Shown here piece after piece: positions 49,801 through 61,478 of a DNA stretch of 64,000 bases. A model generated the notes under the pieces. It was not told the origin of the DNA. It was given only the letters and a program-made list of their open reading frames with translations, and ran no database searches. Each line of letters starts with the position of its first letter. Positions within the stretch are counted from its first letter, which is position 1. Origin of the DNA: Oopsacas minuta (taxonomy: Eukaryota; Animalia; Porifera); NCBI GenBank assembly GCA_024704765.1, contig JAKMXF010000317.1, positions 310,160 through 374,159 on the forward strand, given 5' to 3'. The position numbers were made by a program, and so were the translations under genes.

Positions 49801-52800
49801 AGTAGTAGGACCGATCATATTAGGATCTGGTTTGAGACACATTCCACTGAGTAAAAGTCCTTTGAAGAGCTCTTGTTTCTGTAGAATCACGTCAACTGCT
49901 ATTAGAGACCCCTAGGAAGAAGAAAGAAATAATATTTAATAATTTTTTATCTAATTGATGATTAATTAAAATATTCGGTCGACGAAAGTGAGTTCGGGTC
50001 TTCAGGACAGTGGCGTACTCGCGGGGGGGGGGCGTCAAATCATAAACATTATATAATAATACTAATACCTCTTAGTTTGCTAATTTTCTTCGAATGATTA
50101 ATTTTTCTTAAGAAATAAGATGATTTAATAGATTTTCAGGAATTTTAATCCAACCACAAAATCAAATATAAAATAGAAATGACCAAAAAATCTGAAATCA
50201 AAGTGTTTGTGCTGACGAAATTTCCTTCAGGCCACTGTTAGTCGGACACTTGTTTCAGCTCCGCCGATCGCATTATGTGTGGTGAAATACGATTAATCAT
50301 ATTATAAATAATGCATAGATTAGAAAATATAAAAATATTCGATTACTCATGAATAACAGATGAAACGTAATTTGTAGCATCATTTTGAAATGGGCTTGTC
50401 TAATTATTCTTTCATTTTATATTTCAAATAAGCGAAGTTATTGTAATTATGTATAGGGTGAAACTATTTGCGTAAGCTGTATCATAGACTACTATATCAT
50501 ACAATATAGGAAAGTAGCCGAGTAACGAAAGAAAAAGAGAGTCCATTTATATAAATCTCATAAAAGTTCAATTAACCCTTCGAAATTTGTGAATTGAACT
50601 TTTTTAGGGTTAGAAATTGTGAAGAATCAGTTAAGACTACTAAAAAGTTCAAACGGTCATCCTTCATCTCGTTTAGGCGCCATTTATGCGATGATGTTAG
50701 TATTTATATAATTTGACTATTTTCTCAAATATTTTTGTAAAAAATGTATTTTATCTAACTTTATGCTAATATATTGTTTGAATTCATATATGTACTTCAC
50801 ACTCAAGTTAAATATATGTTTTTTGGAAGAAAAACTTCTGAATTTACCATGGACATGAAAATAATATATTTATCAAAAATAGATCTGTGAATTTTCAAAA
50901 ATATGATATGAAGATGTGATCCGAATTATATTCTAAAGGAAACGTGCTAATTATATATACCATAAGAATAAATAGAGGACATTAATTCATGAAATACAAG
51001 AATTTCCAAAAGTAAAAAATTCTATTTTAGATGAGCATTTGTGTGAATTTTGATGTAGTGATTTGAATGCGCCTAAACGAGATGAAGGATGGCAGTTTGA
51101 ACTTTTTAGTAGTCTTAACTGATTCTTCACAATTTCTAACTCTAAAAAAGTTCAATTCACAAATTTTGGAGATTAATTTAAATTTTATGAAATGTATATA
51201 ATGGCCTCTCTTTTTTATTCGTTGCTCGGCTACTTTCCTATTTGTATGATATAGTAGTCTATGGCTGTATCTATACACACTTCACAAGAATAGAAAATTT
51301 TACAGTTTAATCATACAAAATTCTAAAATATATATTTAGGACAGTATGTAGCGAAAAAATACCAGATAAAGTTTGGAACAACAATTGAAAGATTTATTCT
51401 AACCTATGTATTGTCTTTAGTTAATTTAAATAGTCATTAGATATTGGCTAGTATGCTCGCTAGATTCTTCAGTACAACAAATACCGCATTACCTTGAATA
51501 GTAGCCCGGGGCGATTCATAATTTTAGGACTACTGGTGGGAGAGGCGATTAATTGAGGTAGGAGATACATTCATGAAAATTCGTCAAGTGGACAAAGGAA
51601 AAGTGCCAGCTGCATAGTATTGCAGCAAGCTCCTTGAAATTTCGGTATAATGTCATATTTAGTAGTTTTAACTTGGGGTAAAAAGTTCTACTGTATTTAT
51701 ATGAAATCAAAGAAGGTTGTCCAAGAAATAATTTGAATTAAATCAGGCTCTATATACGCCAATGTCAATATACAGTAGCTAACTAACCATAGAATGTCCA
51801 AATAAGAACAAAGGTATATTTGGATATTCATTCCGAATAGTAGTGACATGTTGAATGACGTCACGAGAGAATATTAGAAAATCGAGTATCTGTGCTCTTT
51901 CTCCATCACTCCTTCCGTGACCAACTAATAGAAGACAAAATTAAATAGTTGGCTGAAATAATTGAAAATTTACGTAATTGTAAAGACAAAATTCTACGAA
52001 TTAACATAGAAGTTACCCAAAATTGTTTACTTTGAATAATCACACAAACAAATAAACAAAAATATATGCAGACGGCTTAGTCTATTAAGTAAGGTCGCAC
52101 AAGTAGTTGGAGGCAATTCAAAAGTCAATTTTACTGTAGAGTAATGTAATTTTGAAAATTGCAGACTCTGAAGAAGTGATTTTGGGCTTGTTTAGGCGGA
52201 ATTTTTCGGTAGTTTCCATAGTAAAATGGTCCATCCAGGCCGTCCTCTTTTTCAAAAAGTGAGAGGTTAGCCCTCTCAGTTTTGTGGAAATTTATTCCTC
52301 AAATCAAAAAGTAACTCCTACTTTAAGCTAAATAGTCCACTTCGCTTGCTAGGTCGCTACGCGACAGGTTAGTGCCTTAAAGTAGCTTAAGCATTAAACA
52401 ACTAAACTTCCTAATGATTTTGGGCGAAACGCGACGGGGTAGACTCGAAACTTAGTGCCTCAAATTTATAATATGGCGGAAATCTGAAGATTATATTATC
52501 CATAGACCATACAAATTGCATTAAATAGCCTTCTGTGGTAGCACTAGAGCTCTAAGTGGCTTTTGGTTAGTAATCTCGGCACTTCGTGGCTCAGGTATTA
52601 AGATCCGCTGAAAATATTTGAAATTGAAACAATTGATTTTTGTACAGTCATGATGTCGTAATAATTCAATGGTAAGTTTGCAATTGTTCAATGTGATGAC
52701 GTCAGAACATTTGGCATATTGAGGGGTACCTGCCAAATTTCAAACATCTCTATCATGTATATTTGCTGAGCAGTAGGTATTAATGTGATTTTTCGAAAAT

Positions 52801-55685
52801 CCTAAGGTGACAATGACGTCATAATTTCGTCATAGGTGTGAATTTTCGCCCAAGACTCGAACTTGTCCCAATAGGCGACTTCCTTTAAATAAGAAAAATG
52901 TTTTAATGTCAAACTATAAGGGTTGGTTACTATAAGTATTTGAGTAACTTGTCATATATGATCAATACAGGTAAATGACGTAATGCCAAATCCAAGCCAT
53001 CATGCTTATAAAGGAAATAGAGCCAGTTGTAAGTCAGTTATGATGAAGTCCGGATATAATCAAATATTCAAAATAATACCTTGAATTTAAATACAAAAAG
53101 TCGGATTAATTCTAAGTAAAACAGAACTTATGGTATATTAAATTAGGCCTACACGAAAGTGTAGTGATGTGAGAGTGTCACATCCGTCGGTCCGTGTAAA
53201 TAGGTGTCCGTGACAAGATTATTTGAGATAAAAACTTTATATAAGTAATCAAGTGAGAAAATTCACATGAAAGGCATATTTTTGTGACAGAACCCCGTCT
53301 TATGGTCGAATTTACAAAATTTATGGATTCGTAATAATATATTTTTTCAATAGCTTTTTAAAAATCATTGTGTGAGGGGTGCTAGATATGTTTTAAGTAT
53401 ACCACTAACTTCAAATTTGGCGACAGGTTAAATCTACTAAATTAAAGAAATACATTATCATCCCTTAACTCGACACCATCTCAATTAAATGGTTTGTAGT
53501 TGATATATGTCTTAAGTTTTATAGGCTATATTGAGCGTTACCATAGTTACCAAGGAATATATAAAGTGGATAAAGGAAAAAGACAAATGCATAGTACTGT
53601 AGCTAGCATCTTGAAATCTTCGGTATAATGTTGAATTAAAAAGATATAACTTGTGGCCAAATTTGAAGTTGGCGGCATGCTTAGAACATACCGAATGACA
53701 AAACTTATCTAGCACCCATCTTATCAAATTTTAGTAACTCAGAATATGAAATATTCATATACGGAACCGTCAAAGACTTGTCTCACCCAAATTCGTTTGA
53801 AGGAATCCAAACTGTTATGGGAGAATAACCCTCCCTACAGCATAGGAATACTATAGTGCCTAAAACGAAGGAACAAGTTACAAATGAATTAACGTGCAAT
53901 CCTAACTGACCATGATCATGAGCAAATACCATTATTCCAACCTCTGTGAAAGCTTTCGCAAGCGGGTCATATCTTGCTGCATGCTCTGCTAAGCCATGAC
54001 TGATGAAGAGGATAGCTCTAAGGAAATAATTAAGAGAATTATAAAGAATATTGAACAGCAGAAACACAATAATAACGAATTCGGAATTCCCGATACAGTG
54101 GGTATCGCTTATCAGAACACTCTTGGGAGTAGCAAAATATACTCTTATAATCGGTAAAATTATATAGAGTAACCATTTTCCAGAGGGTGTTTCGTATATT
54201 CATTATGTTCTTATAATCTTCCAGGGGTTATACAGGCTCCGAGCAAGCTCCTAGAGCTCTTCTTAATGAATTTTCATACTCCCTAAATGTAATTTGATCA
54301 AAAATTGTGCGACTAGAGGAGCGTCAAGCGCTCCTAGATAATCCCTTTTAACCGACGTTCTAATAAGAGGTAACATTATGCGCATAACGAAATCTAAAAT
54401 GATTAATTCCTGGAAAATGGCTAAAATAAAAATGTATTCAAATTAAGTATTTGAGTAAGGCAAAAGGTAAGTACTGACTAAGTTCCACAGTACAGTAGAC
54501 CCTCGATTATCCGAACTGCAGGAAGCATACATTGATAGTGAAAATTGTTGAATTTCATCTCAGAAGGGGCTTCAGACTACTTTGTATGAATTTTTTCGGA
54601 CGATGTGGTGATGTAGCCCATATTGATATAATACACAGTCAAATATTCCAATTTACAAATCCACATTTTCGTATATCCTCCAACCAGTAAATTTCAGAAA
54701 TCAAAATACACAATTTCAGTTTTCCGAACACCAAAATTGAAATACAAAGAGGAAGGTGTTCGGATAACTGAGGGTGTACTGTATACGTGACTATGCTACT
54801 TTGAATTTACAAGCTGAACTCAGTTTTCCCATGATCTCGCCACTGATTGTCACAGGACTCTCAACCCTCACTATCTCGCTGTGAAACTACGATTTCGGGT
54901 CTACACTGATTACAGGATATCGGCCTCTTTTCAACAACTAATACTAAATCTTACTTCTCAAGATATTCGCTTTTTCTCAAAAATATCACAATTTGAAGGA
55001 TTCCAAGATGAGAGCCCTATTGTCAGTATTAGTGAACCTGACTACGTCCATTTGCCTGCCTATATTGATATTTACGTCATATTAAATACGTACACTCGGT
55101 TAGAACCATAAAATTAGTTCCAATCATTTTAAAACAATCCTTATTCGGATAAGACGTACTCTCGAATAGTACGTACTGATTTTTGTTTCCCTGGTACTTC
55201 TTATGTGAATTCCAGTGTATATAGTTATTAGTACCAGGCAGAGATTATTGGTCGGGCGGCCCTCCGCAGTTAAATTATACAACAATTTTACTCCTCTGTC
55301 TATTAGTATATTAGTAATAATAAAACATTACAAGTGAAAATCCCGAATATAGGTGTAGCAGCCCAGAATAAACCCGAGTAATTCTGGGCCAGTACAGATT
55401 ATACCGGGGTATAATCTGGGCTGTTAAACCGGGATCAATAATGTAAATCCTGAAATCCAGGGATTGTAACTCTTACCTGATATTGACAGTATCTTTTGGT
55501 TGCCAGCATCTTGTGACTATATTGAGCCCATCAGCATTCAGGATATTTCCTACCTTAATGTTAGAGGGAGCGGATTCTGCTTGGGGTTTCTGCACAGCTT
55601 CGTCCTCTATAGATATTGTATTCGTGGTAGTTTTAGGAGAAGTATCAGGTATAGGTAAGATTTCAGACTCATTCATCTCACTCAT
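44894..55685 (-). CDS. MGLL: Monoglyceride lipase-like alpha/beta hydrolase, 7 exons, 322 aa (55685-55477, 54017-53911, 51924-51788, 49911-49801, 46701-46612, 45503-45288, 44992-44894)
   Basis: All six introns are GT-AG with compatible phases (2,1,0,0,0,0); 969-bp CDS. Motifs NADG, ISHGLAEH..RY, AHDHVGHGRSDG, GHSMG nucleophile elbow, HGGDD acid, RHELHNE histidine. Confidence 0.93.
45288..45503 (-). CDS. MGLL: MGLL exon 6 (216 bp)
   Basis: VRKYAEDPL...LPTLVFHGGDD...SEDKQIK; donor GTTAGT. Confidence 0.9.
46612..46701 (-). CDS. MGLL: MGLL exon 5 (90 bp)
   Basis: IFFGKIVAWLAPSIKIKKLDPVGVSRDENE; TAG acceptor, GTGTGT donor. Confidence 0.85.
46751..46812. repeat. (TAA)n microsatellite in MGLL intron 4
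   Basis: About 20 perfect units. Confidence 0.95.
47977..48411 (+). mobile_element. Two Helitron-like 5' ends plus a GC-rich hairpin block
   Basis: TC(T/A)ATATTATTAAATCTCAATTGTTG(TTTG)nTCCGTTG at ~47977 and ~48312; the second is followed by GCGCAATGCGC...GCGAAGCGACGAGCCAAAGCCTCG, whose reverse complement recurs at 26967-27018. Confidence 0.5.
49801..49911 (-). CDS. MGLL: MGLL exon 4 (111 bp)
   Basis: GSLIAV...FKGLLLSG...GPTT; TTCCTAG acceptor, GTGAGA donor. Confidence 0.9.
50483..51263. mobile_element. Non-autonomous P-superfamily (Galileo-like) element, ~210-bp TIRs, 7-bp TSD, in MGLL intron 3
   Basis: TIRs start CATAGACTACTATATCATACAA and extend ~210 bp; perfect flanking direct repeat GCTGTAT (50476-50482, 51264-51270). 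Confidence 0.85.
51788..51924 (-). CDS. MGLL: MGLL exon 3 (137 bp)
   Basis: GHGRSDGERA...PLFLFGHSM; donor ATG|GTTAGT. Confidence 0.9.
53911..54017 (-). CDS. MGLL: MGLL exon 2 (107 bp)
   Basis: AILFISHGLAEHAARY...VFAHDH; TAG acceptor, G|GTCAGT donor. Confidence 0.9.
54493..54781. mobile_element. pogo/Tigger-like MITE in MGLL intron 1
   Basis: TIR CAGTA(G/C)ACCCTC..TTATCCGAAC; TA on both sides. Confidence 0.8.
55477..55685 (-). CDS. MGLL: MGLL exon 1 (209 bp)
   Basis: MSEMN...ILNADGLNIVTRCWQPKDTVNI-R; donor AG|GTAAGA. Confidence 0.85.
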
Positions 55686-56322
55686 CGATTAGGCTGTGTA
55701 AGAAACTAAATAAACCAGATGTTTTGTCAAATTTTAGAAATTATCCTGGATTACTATGGCAGCATTCATGGAGCTGTCTTCCTGGAATTCAGGCAGTCTA
55801 GGCTGAGCTTTCCCGAGAAGGAATCAAATTATCTAAATATTTGCGTTCGGGTAGAGGTTGGTGTCCCTCAGGACTTTAGTCTAGACAAGATTCGATTTTG
55901 GTCCCTATAGAAAACCAAAATTTCATCAAATTTTGAATTACGTATTATCCCAGGTCACTTTCTAAGAACCAAACAAAGAATCAGTTAATTATATTAGTTG
56001 CGAAATATTGAAATGGTAGGTTTTGGCCCAAATAATATTCATACTTTGCAATACACTTTACCACACACATCATCTATTCCATATCAAAATAAGGTTATTC
56101 GATTGCTTTCTTAGCAAGTATATCAGAAAAATGTCCCAAATTAATACTCTTTAAAGAGTCAATTACAGGGGTATATACGGAAGTATAACCAGAATTTGGG
56201 TGCCTGAGGCTTCAGCCTAATTAGCCTCAATGATAATCTACTTCTGGTGGCGGTGCCCCGGCAGGGCTGTATCAATCATTTTGAGTTGGCAAAATCAAAT
56301 CATTTATTGAATGAGTTGGTAG

Positions 56323-59300
56323 TAGGGTTTGCAATCCCGGACCAAATTTTCTAATCCCGGATTGTATATTATGCACTAAAGAATTTGCTTAAGTTGTATA
56401 TACTTCATGAAATTTATTTGAAAAGCTTTATTGAATAGATAAAATGATTACTACAATAATGAAGAAGAAAGAATGAGAAATAAATGAATTTAATAATATT
56501 AAGTGTATAATGAGTAATTGATAAGAATTAGTGAATATTTATTTAGGAGCGATTGTTTCTAATAAAACAAAGATTGTCCAGCGTTACATCACCAAGTCTA
56601 CTCCTGAATCTATTGCATAGGTATGCACAAGAAGAAAATACACGTTCTGCCTCGACAGAGGTTGGAGGAACTGTGAGTAGCATTTGGTAAATCATTTCCA
56701 AAAAATGCCCTCTCTTCCCAGTCTGTTCAGCTATAGTGATTTCATATTTTAGGATAGATGACAATGATTTCTTTAGATTCGTTATCTATTGGCTGGGTAC
56801 CCGTAGAGATGCATCAATTGCTAGTTGGAGCTTCTTCGCTACTGGTAAATCATCTGGATCTGAACTTTGTGAATTAGACACATTGACTTCATTTTCCTCC
56901 AACAGTTTTCTTCGTCCTCCGCTTTCCGCATTAGTCTTGAAAGCAAGTCGTTGCAAAATGTCGTTATTAAACATCTTTTTTCTAGTTGTGCTTGTGGATT
57001 GTGTAGGCATTGTACAATTACAGATGCATCTGTATACCGCTCCTGTACCATGCATTGATTAATAGCTTTTTGGATGCTTCATTAAGACTTGAATGGGAAC
57101 TTAGTAACTCATCTAATAGAAACTTAATAGTTGCTTCTGCCATAATCAAGTTTGCGTCCCGTCTACATAGTACCTCTAGTGCAGCTTTGATTGGGCCTAG
57201 AGAGTGGATTATTCTTGAGGTTTCCGTAATTTCATGATCGCTAAGATATATCACTTCCTGAAGGTCCAACAATGCTTTTTGAACAGGCAGCTTAATCTTG
57301 ACTATTCGTTCAAACATATTCAATACTGAACTCCACCTAGTCTTACAATCGAGTATCAAAGTTAGACCGTTTGGATAAATTTCCTTCACATAACGTTGTA
57401 ATAGATCATTTTTCAAAGGTGAGCGTTTAAAGATTTTGACAATTTTACGTATCTTATTCGCTAACTCAAGAATATCAAAGCGTAGACAATTCGTATTTTG
57501 TTGAGCAACATCACCTAGTACGATTAATCCATCAGTCTCATCATCTTCATCCGCTATTTCCAAACCACCTTCTCCATCAGTTTAATTCGCACTTGAATAA
57601 TAGGAAAGTTCTCCTGTGTTATGGGATTTAGAATAGAAAACATCTTGAATTACAAGTTGAAGCAGGCACGTAGCTAGAGCAAGAAATTCAGGGGGGCAAG
57701 AAATATTTCGGGAGGGCAATCGCAGGGATAAATATTATTGAAAATTTAATTTCCTGTGTATAACAAGTACGACCCAGTCTCCTTTTCTTACATGTATACC
57801 CTTTTTAATTCATAAAGTACCAGATTACTAAGCCAGGGGGCACTAGACTAGTCTACATTATATAGAATGCCATATAGTAAGAGTATTTATTAAGATACTA
57901 AACTCAATTCAGGGATACTATTTGACATTACAAAAGAAAGCGGCGGTGCTTCACCTGCTTAAAATGTTCAATCACATCATTATAGCAAAGTGATTCTGCA
58001 ATATCTTTTTCAATAGATAACAGGGAAATATGGTTGAGACACACAGTGGTCATTTGTGAGCGCAAACGAGTTTTTATTCTCTTAACAGATGAGAACATAC
58101 GCTCAACATTGCAAGACGTCTGAGGGATAGTCACAAGAATTTGGTATAAAACAAGCTTTGAAAACTGAAACACTAAGAGCATCACCAATGCTTCAATCAC
58201 CTCAATGGACAATCTAACTTCTGACAACAATTATTAGCGGTCTGTGGTAATTCAATTAAATTAAAGTAGAAATTCAGTACCTATCAAAATAGAACGAGTT
58301 TACTATCAATGAGCGTTACTTCCTGTCTAGTATTAAAACCATCATCGCAACGCGAATTATTAATTTCATAGTTTTGACGATGCAGTTGAAGTACATAGGC
58401 TATTAACTACAGTGGAGTTCGCTTATGAGCAACTCGAATTTTGCAGAAATTTGGTTGCTAATAGGGCAACGAATTAACATTATAATACCGTTTGGGACCC
58501 GAAAGCTGGTTGCTAATAGAGTAATATTGCTAATAAGCTAACTGCAATGTATATACAAACGAAAACCTCCAAATTTATCTGGGGGGGCGAGAAAACTTTT
58601 GCGGGGGCAACTGCCCCCCTTGCCCCCTGTAGCTACGTGCCTGAGTTGAAGACCATGTGTATAACATAATTACTGGAATGGTTGTATTATACGTCCGACT
58701 TTTCCCATCATGGCACAACCGTCAGTTGTTACAGCTCAATATCAGATTCTAAATCCATTCCAAATTCATTGAGCTTCATTGATATCACTTCGGAACACTT
58801 TTCTGCAGAAAATCTACCTCTTATCCTGACCAATCCAAGGTTCCAAAAGAATTCTTTGCTGTGTATATTGATATTAATACATCTTCTGTTTTGTAAAGAT
58901 GTTCATTCATCAAAAGTAAGAGTAAACTTTTTCATTTTTCGATTTACTAGTTCACAAACTTCTGACACCTTTTTGGCGTAAATTATCAGCATAATTCATA
59001 ACTTGTGCTTTTATTCCATTGACAAAGTTCGCCAGAGGATGGCCAAGAGCACTAAGAGATTTTCTTAGGTCGGACGGAGTTACAAAGATATTGAATGAAA
59101 GGCCATCATAAGCTGTCATTCTTGTTAGAATAGCTGAAAGACTAGAATCACTGATGAAACGGTCAAGTTTTCCTGCTACATTAGGTTTGGAAATATGCTC
59201 TGAATTACTGCACGAGCTAGTCCGTTTTAGTACATCAATTTCATGGATAGTTTTCAAATGAACATGCAAACCTTTTGTTGATCCGCCATCGCTTGAAATG

Positions 59301-59400
59301 CTGCCAAATATCAGCGCCTTCAAATTGTCGAAAGATAATATTTTCTGCCATCATGTAACAAGTAACTGGTATCCAACGAAAATGGAGTTTTTGACGCTGA
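56323..59400 (-). mobile_element. Ac/hobo-like hAT transposon remnant with disrupted transposase; only the 3' end is recognisable
   Basis: Minus-strand motifs GGSTKGLHVHL...H, LTFDEWTS, TTDGCAMM, YTHGLQL|VIQDV, LILDCKTRWSS, LLTVPPTSVEAERVFS; TIR-like TAGGGTTTGCAATCCCGG at 56323; interrupted at 57663-58643. Confidence 0.85.
57663..58643 (-). mobile_element. Non-autonomous hAT (981 bp) nested in the host hAT, retaining a transposase C-terminal fragment
   Basis: Perfect 14-bp TIR CAGGCACGTAGCTA; perfect 8-bp TSD AGTTGAAG; ORF 57928-58230 contains TIPQTSCNVERMFSSVKRIKTRLRSQM. Confidence 0.93.
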
Positions 59401-59512
59401 CATACAGGAATAGATTAATATATATATATAGTGATATCATACGTGTAATTGAATACAAGGATTCTAACTCATTATTATTTAAATTCGACCTAATGCATGC
59501 GCCCCATCACGA

Positions 59513-59680
59513 GGGTTGGACAGTGTATGTAATTATTTCATTAGACCACTCTAATTGAATACATTGCTAGAGCATAACTAGAAATCCCTGAGCGAGGAGG
59601 CAGGGATGAATATTTGCCTCAATATATAGAAGTGATTACAATAGGGAGATAGGGGAAGGCCCGAAAACGCGAGGAGGCAG
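59513..59680 (+). repeat. ~170-bp direct repeat, copy 1 (copy 2 at 62371-62541)
   Basis: GGGTT(T)GGACAGTG...CATTAGACCACT...GAAATCCCTGAGCGAGGAGG...GGGGAAGGCCCGAA...GAGGCAG shared. Confidence 0.9.
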
Positions 59681-60051
59681 GTATAAGCGCGATTTAGGGA
59701 TCTCCATCCATGAAACACTAGCAATATAGGGGAGGAGGAGAGGCGAAATCGCTAGTGTTATAGAGATCCTTGGTTCTGTGTTCAGAATTTACCTTGTATT
59801 GGTGTAAATATTCTCTTAAATGTTGCCCAGTGTTCTCACTATTTAGCCTTCAGATGTCTGTTTGTCTGTTTAGAAGCGATATATACGTATTTTGACACAA
59901 CGAATCCAAGGCAGAATTCTGAACTAGAGTAATAGTGAATAATATTCACCAATACTACAATTGAATAGTTATTATTCGTTAATTTGATAAAATCCTCATA
60001 AGCACTACAAATCGTTTCTAAAGACACTGACCAACCTGTGAGACGCAGGGA

Positions 60052-60111
60052 GACTTACCTTCGGGTAGGCCCCCTATTTCGCTTGATAGGGCCCCTACCC
60101 GAAGGCAAATC
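60052..60111. other. GC-rich 60-bp hairpin ~100 bp upstream of the NHL start
   Basis: GACTTACCTTCGGGTAGGCCCCCTAT / ATAGGGCCCCTACCCGAAGGCAAATC: 26-bp arms (4 mismatches), 8-nt loop. Confidence 0.7.
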
Positions 60112-60209
60112 ATTAGATTCACCTCTCCCACTTATAGAGGTAACTACTGTATCTATTGTTTAGTATTTTCACTATTATTCATTTCACAAAAGGAATTTTT
60201 TCTACCCAG

Positions 60210-61478
60210 ATGGCTACTCCTGAAGTTGATTTGAATTTCATAACTCAGATAAAAGAGAGTAGAAAGAAGATTAGATACTGCTTCAACAAGTCACATGAAG
60301 CTCTACAATTCAGAGAGAGTATCCTCCTCTCTCATATTGATCAAATAGAGAAAGATTATAATAACAAAACTCGAGAAATGAATTCATTGATCGAAGCTTT
60401 GAACAAAGAAATGGCGCAAGCTACAGAGACTCTCTCCGCTAACAAACTAGCTGAAACCCACAAGCAAATTCGTTCAATTATCGAAAACAAAATAACAGAA
60501 CTAACAGCTGAGACAGACAGTAGCATTGAGTTTGAATGGAACAATCAATTCGAGACTGACATAGAACAGCTAGGGAGTATTAAGCATAACAGTCAGACTA
60601 TCATATCTCCCACCCGAACCTTCCCTCCTCAAGTAAAGCTTGTTGTACCTAACTACACGGCTAAACAGCTGCCTATTGCTTACTGCTGTAATAATTCAGA
60701 GAAGAATGCTCCAGGAGAACTGAACTACCCCAGAAGTATAGCAATACATTACCAAACTGGAAATATTTACATAGCTGATAAGTTAAACGATCGTGTACAA
60801 GTATTTACCAGTAACGGAGACTATCTCTTCATGTTCAGTGAGAAGATGAACAAACCTATAGGTATCTGTATATCTTCTAATACTGTGTTTGTTACACAAT
60901 TTGATGGTCATTGCATTAATACGTACGAGCTAGTAGGGAAACTAATCAAGAGTGTTGGTAGTAAAGGGAATGGAGAAGCTCAGTTCTACAATCCACACGG
61001 AGTAGATGTCTATGATGGAAATAGCAATGTGTATGTATGTGATTTTTATAATAAAAGAGTTCAAATCTTAACTCAAGAACTCAAGTTCCATTCTATGCTA
61101 GGAATAGACTTGTTTAAGCATCCATTGGACGTTAAGGTTACAAGAGACAGAGTATTGGTGCTAGATAGGAGTGATTCGTGTATGTTTGTGTTCAATTCAG
61201 ATCACGTTCTAACCAACAGACTGATAACTAGAGGTGATGGCAAACAAACAAACAATCCATCTCGTTTCGATATAGACAGAGACTATAACATCATTATGAG
61301 TGACTACAGTAATCACTGTGTGTACGTATTCAATCAGGAGGGAGAACAGATACACAAGTTTGGGAACGAAGGTCAGGGTATCGGGGAATTCATTAATCCA
61401 TGGGGAATAGCACTAGACGACACAGGACGCATTATAGTTGTTTGTGATAAGCACACTAATTGTCTACAATTCTTTTGA
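60210..61478 (+). CDS. Coiled-coil + NHL-repeat protein (no RING/B-box), subfamily B, intact, 422 aa
   Basis: ATG 60210 matches the paralog start MAT.EVDL; six NHL-like repeats (ELNYPRSIAI, NKPIGICI, FYNPHGVDV, FKHPLDVKV, NNPSRFDI, FINPWGIAL); acceptor TTTTTTCTACCCAG directly before the ATG. Confidence 0.92.
   Translation: MATPEVDLNFITQIKESRKKIRYCFNKSHEALQFRESILLSHIDQIEKDYNNKTREMNSLIEALNKEMAQATETLSANKLAETHKQIRSIIENKITELTAETDSSIEFEWNNQFETDIEQLGSIKHNSQTIISPTRTFPPQVKLVVPNYTAKQLPIAYCCNNSEKNAPGELNYPRSIAIHYQTGNIYIADKLNDRVQVFTSNGDYLFMFSEKMNKPIGICISSNTVFVTQFDGHCINTYELVGKLIKSVGSKGNGEAQFYNPHGVDVYDGNSNVYVCDFYNKRVQILTQELKFHSMLGIDLFKHPLDVKVTRDRVLVLDRSDSCMFVFNSDHVLTNRLITRGDGKQTNNPSRFDIDRDYNIIMSDYSNHCVYVFNQEGEQIHKFGNEGQGIGEFINPWGIALDDTGRIIVVCDKHTNCLQFF

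Noticed and set aside
60156-60209. TTG start extending NHL-B by 18 aa (likewise the TTG start at 42020)
   Set aside because: The paralog starts at the matching ATG, and the extension is a polypyrimidine/acceptor sequence.
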